Source: Octopus bimaculoides | Taxonomy: Eukaryota | DNA: 35,657 nt | Assembly (NCBI RefSeq): GCF_001194135.2 | Contig: NC_068982.1 | Coordinates: 172,604,620 to 172,640,276 of the forward strand | Reading direction: 5' to 3' | Part shown: piece by piece, positions 32,675 through 35,657 of the stretch | How the letters are laid out: each line of letters starts with the position of its first letter | Position numbering within the stretch: position 1 is the stretch's first letter | Notes under the pieces: generated by a model | Seen by the model: only the letters and a program-made list of their open reading frames with translations | The model's database searches: none | Told to the model about the DNA's origin: nothing | Program-made: the position numbers and the translations under genes

Positions 32675-32825
32675 AGGCATGGCTGTCTTGTTAGAAGTCT
32701 GCTTCCTAACCACATGGTTCCGTGTTCTGTATCACTGCATGGACTTTGGGCAAACGTCTTCTATTATAGCCACAGGCTGCCCAAAGCCTTGTGAGTGGAT
32801 GTAGTTACATAGAACTGAAAGAAAC

Positions 32826-32862
<37 letters not shown>

Positions 32863-33070
32863 CTTTGTGTCTGTGTTTCTCCCCCACAACTGCTTGACAA
32901 CTTGTGCTCGTGTGTCCCCTATAACCTAATACTTTAGTAAAAGAGACCAATGGAATAGGCATCAGGCTTAAAATTCAAGTACTGGGGTGAATTCATTTCA
33001 TTTGAAAATCTCCAGGGTAGTGCCCCAACATGGCTGCAGTCTACTGACTGAAACAAATAAAAGATAAAAG
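32675..33070 (+). mobile_element. SINE family A, full length
   Basis: GCAGGCATGGCTG head to ACTGACTGAAACAAATAAAAGATAAAAGA tail, internal (TG)n. Confidence 0.88.
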
Positions 33071-33460
33071 ATATATTTCAATATTTGTGTATGTGTGTGT
33101 GCATGTGTGTGCGTGCACATGAGCCTGTATGTGTTTATAGTTTTTGGCCATCAAAATTTATTTGCAGGACATTACTCAATGCAACTTCATGGTAGATAGA
33201 GAACTCTTGCCCAAGATACCAGAAACAAGTACATCACAAGAAACATGTAGCTCTTGATTACACATGCATGTTCCATCATGATCAGCATTTGTTATTCTTT
33301 TCTCTGCTTTCCATACCAGCATAGTTTGGCTTGGTTGTCAGTGACCAATTCAGTTATTTAGAGTTAATTGTCCTTGACATATCAGAAGATCATGTATTGC
33401 TTGTACAATCTATTTACAAGTGAGGTTCAGCAGTATGAATAGAAGTTCAGAATGATGTGT

Positions 33461-33498
<38 letters not shown>

Positions 33499-33962
33499 AA
33501 GGGTCGTTTTTTATGTTACTTGTCTTGTTTCCATTTGTTTCTCCCATTCTTTGTGTACTCAACGTTATTTTCGTATTTCATGTTGCTTGTGTTTTGTGAT
33601 GTCCTGTACCCATATATGCATACCTACATACATACATATGTATGTATGTACATATGTGTGTGTATATATGCATATATATATATATTATTTATATTATTAT
33701 TTAATTGAACGCCATGCATCCATTTCCAAGTAAGTTTTATCTTTAAGAATAATACATATATATATCTCCCTACATTTTCCTTTTTTTTTTTTGCTCTCAT
33801 CCCTTTCTGTTGAAGAGAATAAGTTTGAAACATCAAAAACTTTTCCATTCTTCCCAAGTGTCAAACTAATACACCTGCTTGTTGTTCCCTCACCTGTCTC
33901 TATCTTTTGTTTCTGTACATTTGAACTGTGTGTGTGTGTGTGTGTGTGTGTGAGTGACTGAT

Positions 33963-34165
33963 GTGAAGGTGTGTGGCTTAGTGGTTAGGGTATTCGGCTC
34001 ATGATTGTAGGGTCGCGAGTTCGATTCCCAGCAGCGTGTTGTGTCCTTGAGCAAGACACTTTATTCCATGATGCTTCAGTCCACTCAGCTGGCAAAAATG
34101 AGTTGTACGTGTATTTTAAGGCACCAGCCTTGTGAGCGGATTCAGTTGAAAGGAACTGAAAGAAG
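33963..34165 (+). mobile_element. Chimeric SINE: E-type head joined to A-type core
   Basis: GTGGCTTAGTGGTTAGG..GAGTTCGATTCCC..CCACTCAGCTGGCAAAAATGAG then CAGCCTTGTGAGCGGATT..AACTGAAAGAAGC. Confidence 0.75.
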
Positions 34166-34229
34166 CTTATCATGCACATTAATGTGCATGTGTGCATGTG
34201 TCCTTTTTTTTGGCATTGCATAATAGTTC

Positions 34230-34410
34230 GAAATAAGTGTCACTATCACGCTAGCAGTATCATACCTTTCCAGCACTCTGCAAAAACATGTCTGGCTGTA
34301 CGGAAATATTATGTTGCTTGGAAACCAAGTGACGGTTGGTGACGGGAAGGGCATCAAGCCGTAAACGTATGCAAACATGAAAAAGTCAATGTTAAAATGA
34401 TGATGATAAT
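34230..34410 (+). mobile_element. Family D element
   Basis: AAACATGTCTGGC..GAAATATTATGTTGCTTGGAAAC..GGTTGGTGACGGGAAGGGCATC..GTTAAAATGATGATG. Confidence 0.8.
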
Positions 34411-34497
34411 GATGTGTGTGTATGTCAGTGAGTTTGTGTGTGTGTGTATATGTGTGTGTGGGGGGGGTATGAGTGTATGTGTGTGTATGCATATGTG

Positions 34498-34842
34498 TGT
34501 AGATCGTTGCCAGTGCCCCTGGACTGGCTCTTGTGCGGGTGGCACATGAAATACACCATTTTGAGCATGGCCGNNNNNNNNNNNNNNNNNNNNNNNNNNN
34601 NNNNNNNNNNNNNNNNNNNNNNNNNNNNNNNNNNNNNNNNNNNNNNNNNNNNNNNNNNNNNNNNNNNNNNNNNNNNNNNNNNNNNNNNNNNNNNNNNNNN
34701 NNNNNNNNNNNNNNNNNNNNNNNNNNNNNNNNNNNNNNNNNNNNNNNNNNNNNNNNNNNNNNNNNNNNNNNNNNNNNNNNNNNNNNNNNNNNNNNNNNAT
34801 GGAAAGCGGACGTTAAACGATGATGATGATGATGATGATGAT
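34498..34842 (+). mobile_element. RTE 3' UTR (family B) spanning a gap
   Basis: AGATCGTTGCCAGTGCCCCTGGACTGGCTC.. before the gap; ATGGAAAGCGGACGTTAAACGATGATG after it. Confidence 0.85.
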
Positions 34843-34865
34843 GTGTGTGTATGCACACATATATG

Positions 34866-34922
<57 letters not shown>

Positions 34923-35384
34923 TATATGCAAACACATACATGTATATTGTGTGGTATATGTTCTTCCAGTTTCCTTGATATTTTATTTTTATCTGTCTTG
35001 TCTTTTGTCCTGTCTTCAAAGCCATTGTGTTGTTTTATGTAAACTGCTCTTTTCAGTCTTATTCTTTAGTATTTATCCTGGAGACACACAGCCTACCTAC
35101 CTACCTACACACACACACATACACACACATGCTATCAAAATTGAAAGTCACTTCCACTTTAACACTGACTATAGTACATGTTCATTTGTGCATGATGTGC
35201 TTACGTATACACACCTTGTTATGCATGTGTACATGTATGTGGTTGTATGTCTGTGTCTGTATGTATAACTACGAGTACAGTTTTAGAAATATGTACATAG
35301 GCATGTGCAGGTATATGAATGCATATGCACATACCTCAATGAATGTATGTATAAGTGCAGGTGTATATATATATATATATACGG

Positions 35385-35530
35385 GCGTGACTGTGTGATA
35401 GGAAGCTTGCTTCCCAACCACATCGTTCTGGGTTCATTCTCATTGTCAGAGACTTTGGAAAAAGGTGTCTTCCCCTATAGCCTTGATTTCAACCAAAGAC
35501 TTCCTAGGGGATTTGGTAGACAGAAACTGT
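35385..35530 (+). mobile_element. SINE family A 5' half
   Basis: GGGCGTGACTGTGTGATAGGAAGCTTGCTTCCCAACCAC..GGATTTGGTAGACAGAAACTG. Confidence 0.8.
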
Positions 35531-35589
35531 CTATATGTGTGTGTGTGTGTGTATGTATATAAAAATAGATAAATATGTATATATGTATA

Positions 35590-35655
<66 letters not shown>

Positions 35656-35657
35656 AG

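Noticed and set aside
33320-33419. Strong pyrimidine tract with CAA|GTGAGG donor
   Set aside because: All three frames are closed from the first AG; only a downstream TAG acceptor opens one frame. It could be a non-coding exon but nothing supports that.

Overview
Non-coding-dominated, AT-rich, extremely microsatellite-dense animal genomic DNA from a gapped short-read assembly (12 N-runs). The repeat repertoire (tRNA-derived SINEs with TA/TG tracts, RTE 3' ends with (GAT)n tails) looks like an octopus genome; this is inferred from recognition, not from a search. I recognise no host protein-coding gene, rRNA, intact tRNA gene or CRISPR array. Almost all ORFs in the supplied track are artefacts of microsatellites, N-gaps or antisense SINEs. 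Supported content: many SINE copies (window-local labels A, C, D, E, F); about 14 5'-truncated RTE-LINE 3' ends (label B), one with a readable ORF2 C-terminus; two hAT-type MITEs with 8-bp TSDs nested in older retroposons; one TTAA piggyBac-type MITE; a Mag-like Ty3/Gypsy gag-protease relic; and an R4/Dong-like restriction-endonuclease LINE relic sitting in a (TAA)n array. The most unusual items are two eroded hammerhead-ribozyme-like motifs of the Penelope/retrozyme type, a near-perfect 74-nt palindrome, close inverted repeat pairs that could form dsRNA, and a few weak minus-strand exon candidates. Boundaries without a TSD or TIR are approximate (about +/-15 nt). I do not claim a new biological system.
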